Source of the DNA: an uncultured Chloroflexia bacterium
GTDB lineage: Bacteria; Chloroflexota; Limnocylindria; Limnocylindrales; CSP1-4
Assembly: GCA_963719145.1 (NCBI GenBank)
Contig: CAVRAX010000001.1
Coordinates: 1,017,729 to 1,081,728, forward strand
Direction: 5' to 3'
Length of the DNA: 64,000 nt
Shown: positions 39,185 through 49,013 of the stretch, in pieces
Numbering within the stretch: the stretch's first letter is position 1
Layout: each line of letters opens with the position of its first letter
The notes under the pieces: generated by a model
Seen by the model: the letters and a program-made list of their open reading frames with translations, nothing else
The model's database searches: none
Told to the model about the DNA's origin: nothing
Position numbers and translations under genes: made by a program

Positions 39185-41929
39185 ATGGCTATCGTGCGCG
39201 GGGGCCGCGGAGGGTCCGGTCTCGATCGAGCGCTCGAGCACGCCCAGCGTGCCGATCTCGACGACATCCTCGAGAGCGGTGAGCTCTACGACGGCGAGCG
39301 GGACGAGCTGCCCGAGCCGTACGGGCCGTACGACCCTGCGGCCCGCCCCTGGCAGATGCCCCTGGGACGGCGGAAGCCGCCGGCCTCGGGTGAGCCGCTG
39401 CGCGCGGCGCTTCGCGAGAGCCTCGGCCCCGCGGCGTCATCGTCCTCGGCGGCGTCATCGTCCTCGGCGGGACCAGCAGCCCAGGACGGCGAGCCGGAGC
39501 GGAGCTCGCTCCCCGGCATCCCGCCGCCCCCGCCGGTCGCCGACGGCAAGCGCGGTGGGGCACTCCGGCGAAGGCTGGGCCGCCTCCGCGGCAGCGGCGA
39601 GGCGGACACCGAGGCGGGTCGGGAGCGGGCAAGCTTCCAATTCCGTCCCGAGCTGACGGGCGTGGTCCTCATCCACGGCGTCGGCCGCCAGCTGGCCGGC
39701 GAGACCCTCCTGAACTGGACCCGACCGGTCATCACGCTCCTGGCCGACGCCGCCCGCTACGACGCCGGCCGACCGGAAGCCGAGCGCCGGCTCAAGCCGT
39801 TCGCTCAGGTGCCGCGGCCGGTGTCGGACCCGGTCTTCCGCTCCAGCATCGACTTCTCGGGCGAGACGTTCCCCGTCGTCCACCTCCGGATCCCCGGACG
39901 CACGGACGTGCCGGAGACGGACCCGCGCGCCGGCGAGCGGCGCTGGCTCGTGACGGAGGCGTGGTGGGCGGCCCAGGTCAAGCCGCCGACGCTCCAGGCG
40001 ATGATCAGCTGGCTCGGCGAGGAGGGCGGGCTCGGGCGAATCCTCCAGGGGATCGAGGACAACCTCCTCGGCACGGATGTCATCGCCCGAGCGGCCAGGG
40101 TGAGCCTCCAGGCCATCGTCTCGGTCGTGGTCGCCTTCGCGATGCTGGTCTTCGCCGTCCTGCTGGGCATCTCCAAGCTCCTCCCGATCGGGCCGCTGAA
40201 GGACTTCGTCGCCCTGCAGGCCGCCTCGAGCTGGCTGACGGGCAACTTCGGGGGCGCCCGGACGCTCCTGCGCGACCCGGCCCAGAGCGCGAACGTCCGG
40301 AGCCGGCTGGTGGCCGCGATCAAGGCCCTCCGCGCCTACGGCTGCCGGCACATCGTCGTCATCGGTCACAGCGGCGGCACGATGGTCAGCCTCCAGACGC
40401 TGACCGACCCCGCCTACCCCCGGCTGCGGGTCGACAAGCTCATCACCCACGGCGAGGCCCTCAACCTCGCCTGGCGCCTCGAGAACGAGGAGCAGGCCGC
40501 GGACACTCCGCGACTGCCGCCGGGCGACCGGATGGCGGGCGACATGGCCGCCGCCCAGCCGCGCCTCCTGTGGCGGGACTTCTGGGCGACGCACGATCCG
40601 GCCTCGAGCGGCCCACCGATCCTGCCCCAGGGCATGACCGATCCCGGCCCGCCGCGGTTCCTCGCCGAGCGGGTCTACAACCGGATGAACATCGGCGAGG
40701 ACCACAACGTCTTCTGGGACAACGACGAGCAGTTCCTCATCCCGCTCATCCGCGAGATCGACACCGTCACGACGGACCGCTCCAACTCGGCCTTCTACAG
40801 CGACGCCGCCGAGTCCGCCGTCCGGGCGCGGCGCAAGGAGCGGGTCTCCCTCCTCGCGCTCTGGCGCCGGGCAACCCTGGCCCTGCCGGTCATGGCGATC
40901 CTCGCCGCCCTGCTCGTCACCGCCGGAGGCGCGCTCGACGATGCAGCCCGGCTCGCCCTCGGCGCGTTCGAGTCGGTGCCGTTCCATAAGGAGCTCGTCG
41001 ACGCCGGGCGGTCGCTCGCCGGGCTGGGCGACGCGAAGATCGCGGCGGCGTTGCCGGACGCCTTGACCTGGCGGGCCTGGTACGAGCTCGGTGTCCTGGT
41101 CCTGCAGGTCGCGTTCCTGGTGACCCTCGCGATGGCCCTCCTGCCCGGGCGACCCGACCGGCTGTGGCTCGGTCGACCGCGGGCTCGGGCGGTCCTGGTG
41201 GCGTTCGACGCGGCCGTCGGACTCGGTGCCTTCGTCGTCATCGCCCTGGCCTGGTCCGTGGCCCCCGATCCGGACGGCTTGATCTCCCGCCTCGGTGGTC
41301 TCGTCACCGGCTCGGGGTTGCTCGGGCTCGTCGGGCTGGGCGTGGCGGTCCTGGCCGTCGGCTCGATCGGCCGGCGAGTCCGGGCCTCGATCGCCTTGCT
41401 CGAAGGCAGCGATGGCTACGGCGACCGGTTCCTGCGCGACGCCGCCATCGTCGCCTCGACGATCTTCCTGGCCGCGGTCCTGCTCGCCCTGATCGTCGCC
41501 CTCGTCGGGGTCGTCCTCGTCTTCGCCGGCAACGGTGCCGTCGCGGATGCCGACGAGGTTCGCCGGCTCGTCCTCGGCTCGATCGTCGTCCTCGTCGCCT
41601 TCCAGGCGATCCAGCGCCTCGGCATCTGGCGTTGGAACGCCTGGGACGTCCGCGAGCGGCGGGCTCTCCGGCGACGCCCGCTGGACTACCCGTTCCGCAA
41701 CTGGACCTGGTTCCTGGCTGCCGCGCTCGCGGCGATCGCGATCCTGGCTGCCCTGATCGTCGCCCTGACCGCAGCGACGGCCTGGGTCGCGACCCTCGGA
41801 GCCCTGATCCTTCTCGTCGTCGTGCTCAGCGTCGGCAAGGACGTGGTGGACAACGACGTCGACACGGGTGAGCCGGTTGCGGTCGTGCCGGACGTCGGCG
41901 GCCCGGCCGCCGGTGCGTCCGCGGGGTGA
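39185..41929 (+). CDS. Large membrane protein with lipase-like alpha/beta hydrolase domain
   Basis: LIHGVGRQ, VIGHSGG, ATHDP, EDHNVFW; about 8 C-terminal TM helices. Confidence 0.8.
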   Translation: MAIVRGGRGGSGLDRALEHAQRADLDDILESGELYDGERDELPEPYGPYDPAARPWQMPLGRRKPPASGEPLRAALRESLGPAASSSSAASSSSAGPAAQDGEPERSSLPGIPPPPPVADGKRGGALRRRLGRLRGSGEADTEAGRERASFQFRPELTGVVLIHGVGRQLAGETLLNWTRPVITLLADAARYDAGRPEAERRLKPFAQVPRPVSDPVFRSSIDFSGETFPVVHLRIPGRTDVPETDPRAGERRWLVTEAWWAAQVKPPTLQAMISWLGEEGGLGRILQGIEDNLLGTDVIARAARVSLQAIVSVVVAFAMLVFAVLLGISKLLPIGPLKDFVALQAASSWLTGNFGGARTLLRDPAQSANVRSRLVAAIKALRAYGCRHIVVIGHSGGTMVSLQTLTDPAYPRLRVDKLITHGEALNLAWRLENEEQAADTPRLPPGDRMAGDMAAAQPRLLWRDFWATHDPASSGPPILPQGMTDPGPPRFLAERVYNRMNIGEDHNVFWDNDEQFLIPLIREIDTVTTDRSNSAFYSDAAESAVRARRKERVSLLALWRRATLALPVMAILAALLVTAGGALDDAARLALGAFESVPFHKELVDAGRSLAGLGDAKIAAALPDALTWRAWYELGVLVLQVAFLVTLAMALLPGRPDRLWLGRPRARAVLVAFDAAVGLGAFVVIALAWSVAPDPDGLISRLGGLVTGSGLLGLVGLGVAVLAVGSIGRRVRASIALLEGSDGYGDRFLRDAAIVASTIFLAAVLLALIVALVGVVLVFAGNGAVADADEVRRLVLGSIVVLVAFQAIQRLGIWRWNAWDVRERRALRRRPLDYPFRNWTWFLAAALAAIAILAALIVALTAATAWVATLGALILLVVVLSVGKDVVDNDVDTGEPVAVVPDVGGPAAGASAG

Positions 41930-41994
41930 GCCGGGCCAGAGCAAGGGACCGGGCACCGGGCGGAAGATCGACCGGATCGCGCAGCGAGGAGGAC

Positions 41995-42492
41995 ATGCCC
42001 GTGAACAGCAACGCCGGTGCGACGCGGGCGGGCGACGCGTCGACGCAAGGCGCCCCATCCCCGGCGTCCGGCTGCCCGGACGACGCCCCCCGGATCGACT
42101 GGCTGATCTGCTGGTACGAGCGCGAGGCCAAGGTCAAGAACCGGGCGCACAAGGGCCTCCGCGTCGCCAGCATCGCGGCCGCCGCCGCCATCCCGGTCCT
42201 GGCGGCGGCGTCGGCTCAGCCCGTCTTCGGCGCGCTCCTCGGCGGAAGCGTCGTCGCCCTCGAGGCGATCCAGGAGCTCTTCCAGTTCCAGCGGAACTAC
42301 GTGACCTTTGCGACCGCGAAGGAGGCCCTGAAGCGGGAACGGGCGCTCTACGCGGCGGCCGCCGGCCCGTACCGCCGGTCGCGGACGAACGACCCCGACC
42401 GCCTCCTGGCGGAGCGCGTCGAGGCCCTGGTGGCCACCGAGACCGCCGGCTGGGCCGACCTCCAGCTCGGCGACAAGAAGTCGGGCGCATAG
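41995..42492 (+). CDS. SLATT-type (DUF4231-like) two-TM protein
   Basis: ICWYE..A...AAIPVL...FQFQRNY...EALKRE..LY....GPY...LAERVEAL...E...W. Confidence 0.82.
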   Translation: MPVNSNAGATRAGDASTQGAPSPASGCPDDAPRIDWLICWYEREAKVKNRAHKGLRVASIAAAAAIPVLAAASAQPVFGALLGGSVVALEAIQELFQFQRNYVTFATAKEALKRERALYAAAAGPYRRSRTNDPDRLLAERVEALVATETAGWADLQLGDKKSGA

Positions 42493-42568
42493 GTCGCAGA
42501 TCGTCCGAGCCTTTCCGGAGCGGGCCGATGACCGAACTCCCGGCTCCCGGGCGCGGTACATCCTGACG

Positions 42569-42760
42569 ATGCTGGAGCTGCGCGCATCGACCCGCGAGCC
42601 CCTCGTGCCCGGGCACTACACGCGGACGGGCTTCAGCCCGCGGATCAGGTTCGAGGTCGACGGTCCGTGGCACGCGGTCCAGCTCTTCGACGGCTTCTTC
42701 GACATCCAGCAGGACATCGGCTCGCCCGACGTCATCGCCGTCCAGTTCGCGAGCCGGTCC
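42569..42760 (+). pseudogene. Gene fragment (internal part of a probable exported protein)
   Basis: About 60 protein-like codons (PGHYTRTGFSPRIRFEVDGPW...) decaying into Arg-rich text. Confidence 0.4.
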
Positions 42761-42967
42761 TGGCCTCGATCGCGATCGGGGGGCAACCCGGCGGCCAGCC
42801 TCGTGGCGTCGCGCGGCGCCCGGTCGCGCGTCGCACGTCGCGCGTCGCGGGGCGAGGGTCGAGGGTTTTCCCGACTGGTACCCGGCCGGGCCGTGCGGTT
42901 GACTTGAGGCGAGGATCCGCGGCCGCCGGCGCCCCCGTACGCGGAGCTGGACGCGCCGCGGTGGGGA

Positions 42968-43762
42968 ATGGACATGGGCCGCCACTTCCGATCGATCGCC
43001 CTGGCTGTCGCGGCGCTCCTGGCGGCCTGCGGCGGCGCGCCGGCGACCGACGTCAGCGCGCCGACCGCGACGCCCCTCCAGGCGACCGCCCAGCCAACGC
43101 CGACCCCCGGGCGGAGCGAGGCGACTGCGACCCCGACACCCGAGCTCGGGATCGCCCCGATCGGGCCGACCGAGATCGCCGTCGTCCTCTCGATCACCGA
43201 CGGCGACACGATCCGGGTCGACCGCGGACTCGGCTCGGAGCGGCTGCGCTACATCGGGATGAACACGCCCGAGGTCGGCGACCCCGGTGCGGACCAGGCG
43301 ACCGCCGCCAACGCCCGCCTCGTCGAGGGCATGGGCGTCATCCTCGAGCGCGACGTGTCCGAGACCGACCGGTTCAGCCGGCTCCTCCGCTACGTCTGGA
43401 TCGATCGGGGCGCGGGCTGGACGTTCGTCAACCTCGAGCTCGTCCGACTCGGCTTCGCCGAGGCCGCCACGTACCCGCCCGACGTCCGCTACGTGGACCT
43501 GTTCGTCGCCGCCGAACGGCAAGCCCGCGCGGCCGGCGTCGGCCTGTGGGCCCCGACGCCCACGCCGCCGCCCGAGCCCACGTCAGCCGCCGAGCCGACG
43601 TCAGCCGCCGCGAACTGCCACCCCTCGTACGATCCCTGCCTGCCGATCGTCGCCGACCTGGACTGCCCCGACGTCCGGGCGATGGGCCTGGCGCCCGTCC
43701 ACGTCATCGGCCCCGACGACTACCACCTGGACGGCGACCACGATGGCATCGGCTGCGAGTAG
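42968..43762 (+). CDS. Thermonuclease (SNase) family lipoprotein with Cys-rich Ca-binding tail
   Basis: LAAC lipobox; DGDTI, RYIGMNTPE, DRFSRLLRYV; NCHPSY..CLP...DLDC...LDGDHDGIGCE. Confidence 0.9.
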   Translation: MDMGRHFRSIALAVAALLAACGGAPATDVSAPTATPLQATAQPTPTPGRSEATATPTPELGIAPIGPTEIAVVLSITDGDTIRVDRGLGSERLRYIGMNTPEVGDPGADQATAANARLVEGMGVILERDVSETDRFSRLLRYVWIDRGAGWTFVNLELVRLGFAEAATYPPDVRYVDLFVAAERQARAAGVGLWAPTPTPPPEPTSAAEPTSAAANCHPSYDPCLPIVADLDCPDVRAMGLAPVHVIGPDDYHLDGDHDGIGCE

Positions 43763-43797
43763 GCAGCGACTATCAGGCCAGACTATGATGATTGACC

Positions 43798-44106
43798 ATG
43801 AGAACGATCACGCCACTCGACCTGCGGCGATCGCTCGGCCGGATCCTCGACGAGGCGTCGGCCGGGCAACGGTTCGTCATCGAGCGCGACCACCGGCCGC
43901 TGGCCGTGCTGGTCTCGATTGAGGACGGAAACCACCTCGAAGACGACGTCGAGGCTCGGCTCGCCCGGATGGACGCCGCGCTCGAGCACCTGGGCGAGAT
44001 CGGCGACCGCCTTCGCGAACGAATGCCGGATGCTCCGGACGCCGCGACCGCGATCCGGCTCGAGCGTGACGAGCGCGGCGCGCCGGACGCCGGTGGACCC
44101 CGATGA
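43798..44106 (+). CDS. Phd/YefM family antitoxin
   Basis: DLRRSLGRILDE...FVIERDHRPLAVLVS. Confidence 0.85.
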   Translation: MRTITPLDLRRSLGRILDEASAGQRFVIERDHRPLAVLVSIEDGNHLEDDVEARLARMDAALEHLGEIGDRLRERMPDAPDAATAIRLERDERGAPDAGGPR

Positions 44107-44642
44107 CCGGCGGGATCGTGCTCGACGCGTCGGTGGCGATCGCGATCGCTCGGCGTGAGCCGTCCGCCTCGGAGCTCGTCGGCCTCCTGAGGGCTTCGGT
44201 CGAGCGCGGTGAGCGCCGGCTGGTGCCCGACGACTTCTGGCTCGAGCTCGTGAACGTCCTGGTCCGGCGATACCGCCTCGCCCCGGAAGCGGTCGTCGAG
44301 GCTCTGCGCGACGTCGACGGCCTCGGGGTCGAGTCCGTCCGCATCGACAGGGCGCTGCTGCTCGTCTCCCTCGACTTCGCGACGCGGGCCGGGCTGTCCG
44401 CGTACGACGCGGCCTACCTCGCCCTAGCCGAGGTCGAGGATGCGCGCCTCCTGAGCCTCGATCGCCAGCTCGTCGAGGCCGCCGGCCCGCGCGGCATCTC
44501 CCTTGCCTCGACCGGCCCGCGTCGCCTCGCGGAGCCACCAGCGGCGTACGGCCCTCAACCCATCGACTGGGCCCGGTTCGGGCCGTACCTCGCCGAGCTC
44601 CGGGCAGCTGCCCGCCTCGCGGCCGGCGCGCACGACGGCTGA
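44103..44642 (+). CDS. vapC: PIN-domain toxin
   Basis: VLDASV, ELVN, SAYDAAYLALA, SLDRQL; ATGA-coupled to the antitoxin. Confidence 0.88.
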   Translation: MTGGIVLDASVAIAIARREPSASELVGLLRASVERGERRLVPDDFWLELVNVLVRRYRLAPEAVVEALRDVDGLGVESVRIDRALLLVSLDFATRAGLSAYDAAYLALAEVEDARLLSLDRQLVEAAGPRGISLASTGPRRLAEPPAAYGPQPIDWARFGPYLAELRAAARLAAGAHDG

Positions 44643-44681
44643 CGTCTGGACCTGCGGTTCGGCGGGTATGCTCGCGAGGCG

Positions 44682-44978
44682 ATGCGGCGCGACGTTGTCA
44701 TCCTGATCCGCGATCCGACCGCCTGGCTGCCGATGCTCCTCTCGATGCTGGCGCTCGGCGTCGTGGTCGGCTTCGTCGCCCTGAATGGCGTCGTGCACCA
44801 GCAGGATGAGGGCGCCCCGGCCCGGATCTTCCAGCTGATCCTGGTCGACGCGATCCTGATCGGCGTCTTCGCGCTGCGCCGGCTGCCCGGATCGCCGGGG
44901 CCGGCGTTGGCGATCGTCGCCCTGCAGGTCCTGCTCGCCGCGATCCCTCTCGCGACCTTGAAGCTCCTGGAGATGTAG
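44682..44978 (+). CDS. Small membrane protein
   Basis: Three TM helices, DEGAPARIFQL motif. Confidence 0.7.
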   Translation: MRRDVVILIRDPTAWLPMLLSMLALGVVVGFVALNGVVHQQDEGAPARIFQLILVDAILIGVFALRRLPGSPGPALAIVALQVLLAAIPLATLKLLEM

Positions 44979-44982
44979 CCGG

Positions 44983-45845
44983 TCAGCCGGGCAGGCCGAG
45001 CACCGCGACGTCGACGGCAACGGACTTGCCCTTGAGGTCGAGCGACCGACGAGCGAGGCCCTCGGCGGCCACGTTCGACCGTTCGAGGGCCGGGAGCGTC
45101 ACGAGGATCTCGCCCTCTTTGGCCGCTCCGGCGAGTCGGGCCGCCGTATTGACGACGTCACCGAGGGCCGTGAACTCGACGTGCTCCCCGGAACCCACGG
45201 CTCCGACGTACGCGACGCCGGTGGCGATGCCGCAGCCGATCGGCAACCACGGACCGCCGCGATCTCCGTGGCCGGTCGCCCGGAGGAGGCCCTGTGCCGC
45301 CGCCACCGCCCTGGCCGCATGGGCGTCCTGGGCCAGCGCCGGGATGAAGATCGCGACGACCTCGTCGCCGATGACTTGTCGATGATGCCGTCCTGCGCGT
45401 ACAGGACGGCGCTCGAGACGCGGTAGAAGCGGTCCAGGAGGTGCCGGAACTCGGTCGCCGACATGCGTTCGGCGATCGTGGTCGAGCCGCGGACGTCGGC
45501 GAAAAGGAGCGAGCACTCGATCTCGGCGCCGCCGCCGGAATGCTCCATCAGGGCGAAGCAGATCTTGCAGAAGTTCGGGTTGCGGTGCCACGGCGCTCGG
45601 CCGAGGAACCGCATGAACGGCGCCGCCGGCCCGCGGAACGGCGCGGCGCACATGTGGCAGCGGCGGGATGCCGGGAGCCGCTGGAGCCACGTCCGCCAGT
45701 TCCGGTAGCGCGGGTCGGTGCCCTCGAGGATGCCCCGCCAGATGGCGTCGTGCTCGGGGTTTCGCTCAGCCGGGGCGCCGGTGTCGACCGGCGCGACGGG
45801 ATTCGGCGATTGACCGAGATCGGGCGGCGGATCGTTGGTCACCAT
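44983..45845 (-). pseudogene. Class III nucleotide cyclase with N-terminal Cys4 module, frameshifted
   Basis: CHMC...CKIC, FADVRGST...GIIDK in one frame and IGDEV...LGDVVNTAARL in another; 1-nt loss near 45374. Confidence 0.85.
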
Positions 45846-46037
45846 CAGGCCAAGCATAGAGCCGAGCCGGCCCGACCACGATCCGCCGCATCTGCGTCTC
45901 AGCGCGGGGGCGGCATCCTCCGGCGTCCGACGCCGGCGACGGCCGCGTCGCCGGGAAGTGCTCGGGCCCGGCTGCCATGCGGGGACGCCGGCGGCATGCT
46001 TGACCGGGGCCGGGGCCGAGCTTCGTCGAGGCCGTTC

Positions 46038-47669
46038 CTATGGCGACGACGCGAGGAACTGCGGCGGGACGCGGACGTGGGTCGCCTGCTCGAAGGCATA
46101 GGCGAGGCCGATCAGGGTCGGCTCACTCCAGCGGCCGCCGATGAAGGTCACGCCGATCGGAAGGACGCCGTCGTGTCCGGCCGGGACCGTGATGTCAGGG
46201 TAGCCGGCGATTGCCGACGGGCTCGACGAGCCGACGAAGGCCGAGAAGTCGCCGCCGAGGTCGCCGTTGACGGGATCGGTCACCCAGGCCGGGCCGTTCG
46301 TCGGGCCGATGATGGCGTCGAGGTCGTTCGCCGCCAGCGTGTCGTCGATGGCCGCCTGGGCGACCGGCGTCGCCGCGGCCCGAGCGGCCGTGCACTCGGG
46401 ATCGGTCCGGCCGCCCGTCTCCTGGGCCAGCTCGAAGATCAGCGAGTTCCAGTCCGAGATCGGAGCGCCGGACTCGAGCTCCGGGTGGGCGTCGTTGAAG
46501 TCGATCAGGTCCTGGAGCGTCTTGGGGTAGCCCGGGCCGGTGTAGGTCTCCAGGTAGCTGGCGATGTCCGTCTTGAACTCGCACAGGAGCGCGGCGAACT
46601 CGGGGTCGTAGGCCGGCTCGATCGGGATCGTGATGTTGTCGATGACCGTCGCCCCGGCGGCCTCGAGGGCCGCGACCGTCGCATTCATCACGGCGTCGAC
46701 CTCGGGGCTGGCCTCGGGATCGTAGGTGCCCTCGCGCCAGACGCCGATCCGGGCGCCGGCGAGGGCATCGGCGTCGAGGAAGGCCGTGTAGTCGGTGAAG
46801 GCATGGCCGGCCTGGTCGGCCGTCGCCGGATCGGCCGGGTCGATGCCCGTCATGGCGCCGAGGAGTGCCGCGGCGTCAGTCACGCTGCGGGCGATCGGGC
46901 CGGAGGTGTCCTGGTCGGCAGAGATCGGGACGATCCCCGCCCGGCTCAGGAGTCCGAGGGTCGGCTTGATACCGACGTCGTCGTTCGCGCCGGACGGGCA
47001 GACGACCGAGCCGTCGGTCTCGGTGCCGACGGCGGCGACCGCGAGGTCGGCCGAGGCGCCGACCGCCGAGCCCGAGCTCGACCCGCAGGGGTTGCGGTCG
47101 AGGACGTAGGCCATGTTCGTCTGGCCGCCGATGCCGCTCCAACCCGAGGACGATGGCCCCGACCGGAAGTTGGCCCACTCGGACAGGTTCGCCTTGGCGA
47201 GGATGATGGCGCCGGCCGCCTTGAGCTGGGCCACGACGAAGGCGTCGGGCGGGGTGCTCCCGGCCAGGGCCCACGAGCCCGCGGTCGTCGGCATGCCGGT
47301 CGTGTCGAGGTTGTCCTTGACGATGATCGGCAGTCCGAGGAGTGGCCGGTCGTCGCCGTGGCGTCGGGCCGCATCGGCCGCGCGCGCCTCGGCCAGCGCG
47401 GTGGGGTCGACGGTGATCACCGCGTTGAGCGCCGGGTTCAGCTTGGCGATCCGGTGGAGGTAGAACTGGACGAGCTGGACCGACGACAGCCGCTGCCGGT
47501 TCATGAGCGACTCGAGCTCCGGGATCGTGGTCGCATCGACGTCGATCCCGGCGACCCGGGTGTTCGTGGGCTGTGACGCGAGCGTCGCCGGCGCCGAGGC
47601 GCCGGCCACCCCGCCGAGGAGGGCCATCGATATCGCAAGGGCGAGAATCCGTCGGATCAGGGAACGCAT
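46038..47669 (-). CDS. Secreted amidase (amidase signature family)
   Basis: IVKDN, GSSSGS, GTETDGS; signal peptide. Confidence 0.92.
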   Translation of the reverse strand: MRSLIRRILALAISMALLGGVAGASAPATLASQPTNTRVAGIDVDATTIPELESLMNRQRLSSVQLVQFYLHRIAKLNPALNAVITVDPTALAEARAADAARRHGDDRPLLGLPIIVKDNLDTTGMPTTAGSWALAGSTPPDAFVVAQLKAAGAIILAKANLSEWANFRSGPSSSGWSGIGGQTNMAYVLDRNPCGSSSGSAVGASADLAVAAVGTETDGSVVCPSGANDDVGIKPTLGLLSRAGIVPISADQDTSGPIARSVTDAAALLGAMTGIDPADPATADQAGHAFTDYTAFLDADALAGARIGVWREGTYDPEASPEVDAVMNATVAALEAAGATVIDNITIPIEPAYDPEFAALLCEFKTDIASYLETYTGPGYPKTLQDLIDFNDAHPELESGAPISDWNSLIFELAQETGGRTDPECTAARAAATPVAQAAIDDTLAANDLDAIIGPTNGPAWVTDPVNGDLGGDFSAFVGSSSPSAIAGYPDITVPAGHDGVLPIGVTFIGGRWSEPTLIGLAYAFEQATHVRVPPQFLASSP

Positions 47670-47858
47670 CGCGGGACCTCCACGGGATCGGGTGCACCCC
47701 GGCGCAGTCGACGGAGCGACGATCGACCTGCGCTCGCCCGAAGTCAACCCCCAAACCTCTGTCACGCACGCGTCAGCCTCGACCCGCGGCGCATTCGCAT
47801 CGCTGCCATGTGTCACCGCGGCGCTCCGATGGACCGTGCCGGACGGCTGCCCGGTGGG

Positions 47859-47903
47859 TGACAAGTGTCCTTGACAAGAGACCGCTGTCAAGTTACCTTG
47901 ACA
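47859..47903 (+). promoter_or_regulatory. Tandem TG(T/A)CAAG-N4-CTTGACA operators overlapping a TTGACA-17-TACCTT promoter
   Basis: Boxes at 47859-47876 and 47886-47903; ATG 6 nt after the -10. Confidence 0.8.
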
Positions 47904-47905
47904 AC

Positions 47906-48106
47906 ATGCAGAACGACGTTCGGAAGCTCCGCGAGGGGCTCGGCCTGAGCCAGGGTGAGCTCGCCGTGCGGCTGTCCGTGTCCCGGCAGACGATCAACGC
48001 GATCGAGACCGGCCGCTACCTGCCGTCGCTGCCCCTCGCGTTCGCGATCGGGCGTTTTTTCCGCAAGCCGATCGAGGAGGTCTTCCGCGATGACAGCCCA
48101 ACGTAG
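47906..48106 (+). CDS. Small XRE-family regulator
   Basis: SQGELA..LSVSRQTINAIETGRYLPSLPLAF. Confidence 0.92.
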   Translation: MQNDVRKLREGLGLSQGELAVRLSVSRQTINAIETGRYLPSLPLAFAIGRFFRKPIEEVFRDDSPT

Positions 48107-48473
48107 TCCGGTCCTGGCGTTCAGCGTCGTGGTCGGGCTGGTCTTCGGCGGAGCCGAGCTCCTCAGCGGTCACCCGATGTGGCGCGCCGCGCTGTCCACC
48201 GCGATCCCGATCGGCTATGGCGTCCTCGTGACCGTCATCGCCGGCCGGAGCGAGACGGCCAGCGTCCTCGCCGGCCGCCCGGTCGACGAACGCTGGGAGC
48301 TCCTCAACCTGGAGGCGAGCGCCTGGGCCTTCGGCGCGACCGCCATCGTCGTGCTCGCCGCGTTCGTCGTGTCCGACGCGACCGGCGGGGACTGGCTGCC
48401 GTACGCCGGCATCGCCGCGGTGATGGCGATCACGTACGCGGGGTCACTCGGGATCCTCCGCCTCCGCGGCTGA
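48090..48473 (+). CDS. DUF2178-like membrane protein
   Basis: Four TM helices with a central DER motif; overlaps the XRE gene. Confidence 0.75.
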   Translation: MTAQRSPVLAFSVVVGLVFGGAELLSGHPMWRAALSTAIPIGYGVLVTVIAGRSETASVLAGRPVDERWELLNLEASAWAFGATAIVVLAAFVVSDATGGDWLPYAGIAAVMAITYAGSLGILRLRG

Positions 48474-48483
48474 CCGGGCAGGC

Positions 48484-48670
48484 TCAGCGTTCCGTGTCGG
48501 CAGCCCCGCCCTGGGCCGGGATCGAGCTCGCCCGGACGACGCCCGTCTCGTAAGGCGAAGACGACGATCTGGGCACGATTCCTGAGCCCCTGGGCCTCGA
48601 GGATCATCCGGAAGCCGGCCCGAACGAGGGCCTGGTCGTCGGCGATCAGGACGCGCAGTGGCGCGCTCAC
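48484..48670 (-). pseudogene. Internally deleted NarL-family response regulator
   Basis: LRVLIADDQALVRAGFRMILEAQ joined directly to GLRNRAQIVVFA(YETGVV), plus a 1-nt frameshift. Confidence 0.85.
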
Positions 48671-48840
48671 CGGGCTGAGGGCTCCGGATCCGCCACGGCC
48701 TCGAGGCCGGACCCGCCGCGCTGCCTGGGCCAGGGTCGCGCCGGTGCTCCAGGCCGAGTGACGGGTGCGCCGGCCCGCCACGTATGCCGGCGGCGATGAC
48801 CGCCGGCCCGTCGCGCGGCGGTCTCGACTTCGCCGTCGGG

Positions 48841-48990
48841 TCAGGCGGGGATCGGGCTGTCGAGGAAGTCGAGGGCCACGGCGGCGAGGAGCGGCGAGGC
48901 GAAGATCGTGTCGTGGGTCAGGCCCGGCAGGATCGCCAAGGCGTGGCCGCCCGCCGGCCGGCCCTCGCCCATCCAGCCGCCGTCACGGAG
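48841..48990 (-). pseudogene. C-terminal fragment of an alpha/beta hydrolase
   Basis: Hand translation: LRDGGWMGEGRPAGGHALAILPGLTHDTIFASPLLAAVALDFLDSPIPA-stop, no start. Confidence 0.7.
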
Positions 48991-49013
48991 GCTCGGAGGG
49001 ATCGCCGCACGCT

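Noticed and set aside
39431-39470. 18-bp tandem duplication GCGGCGTCATCGTCCTCG
   Set aside because: In-frame low-complexity AASSSS linker.
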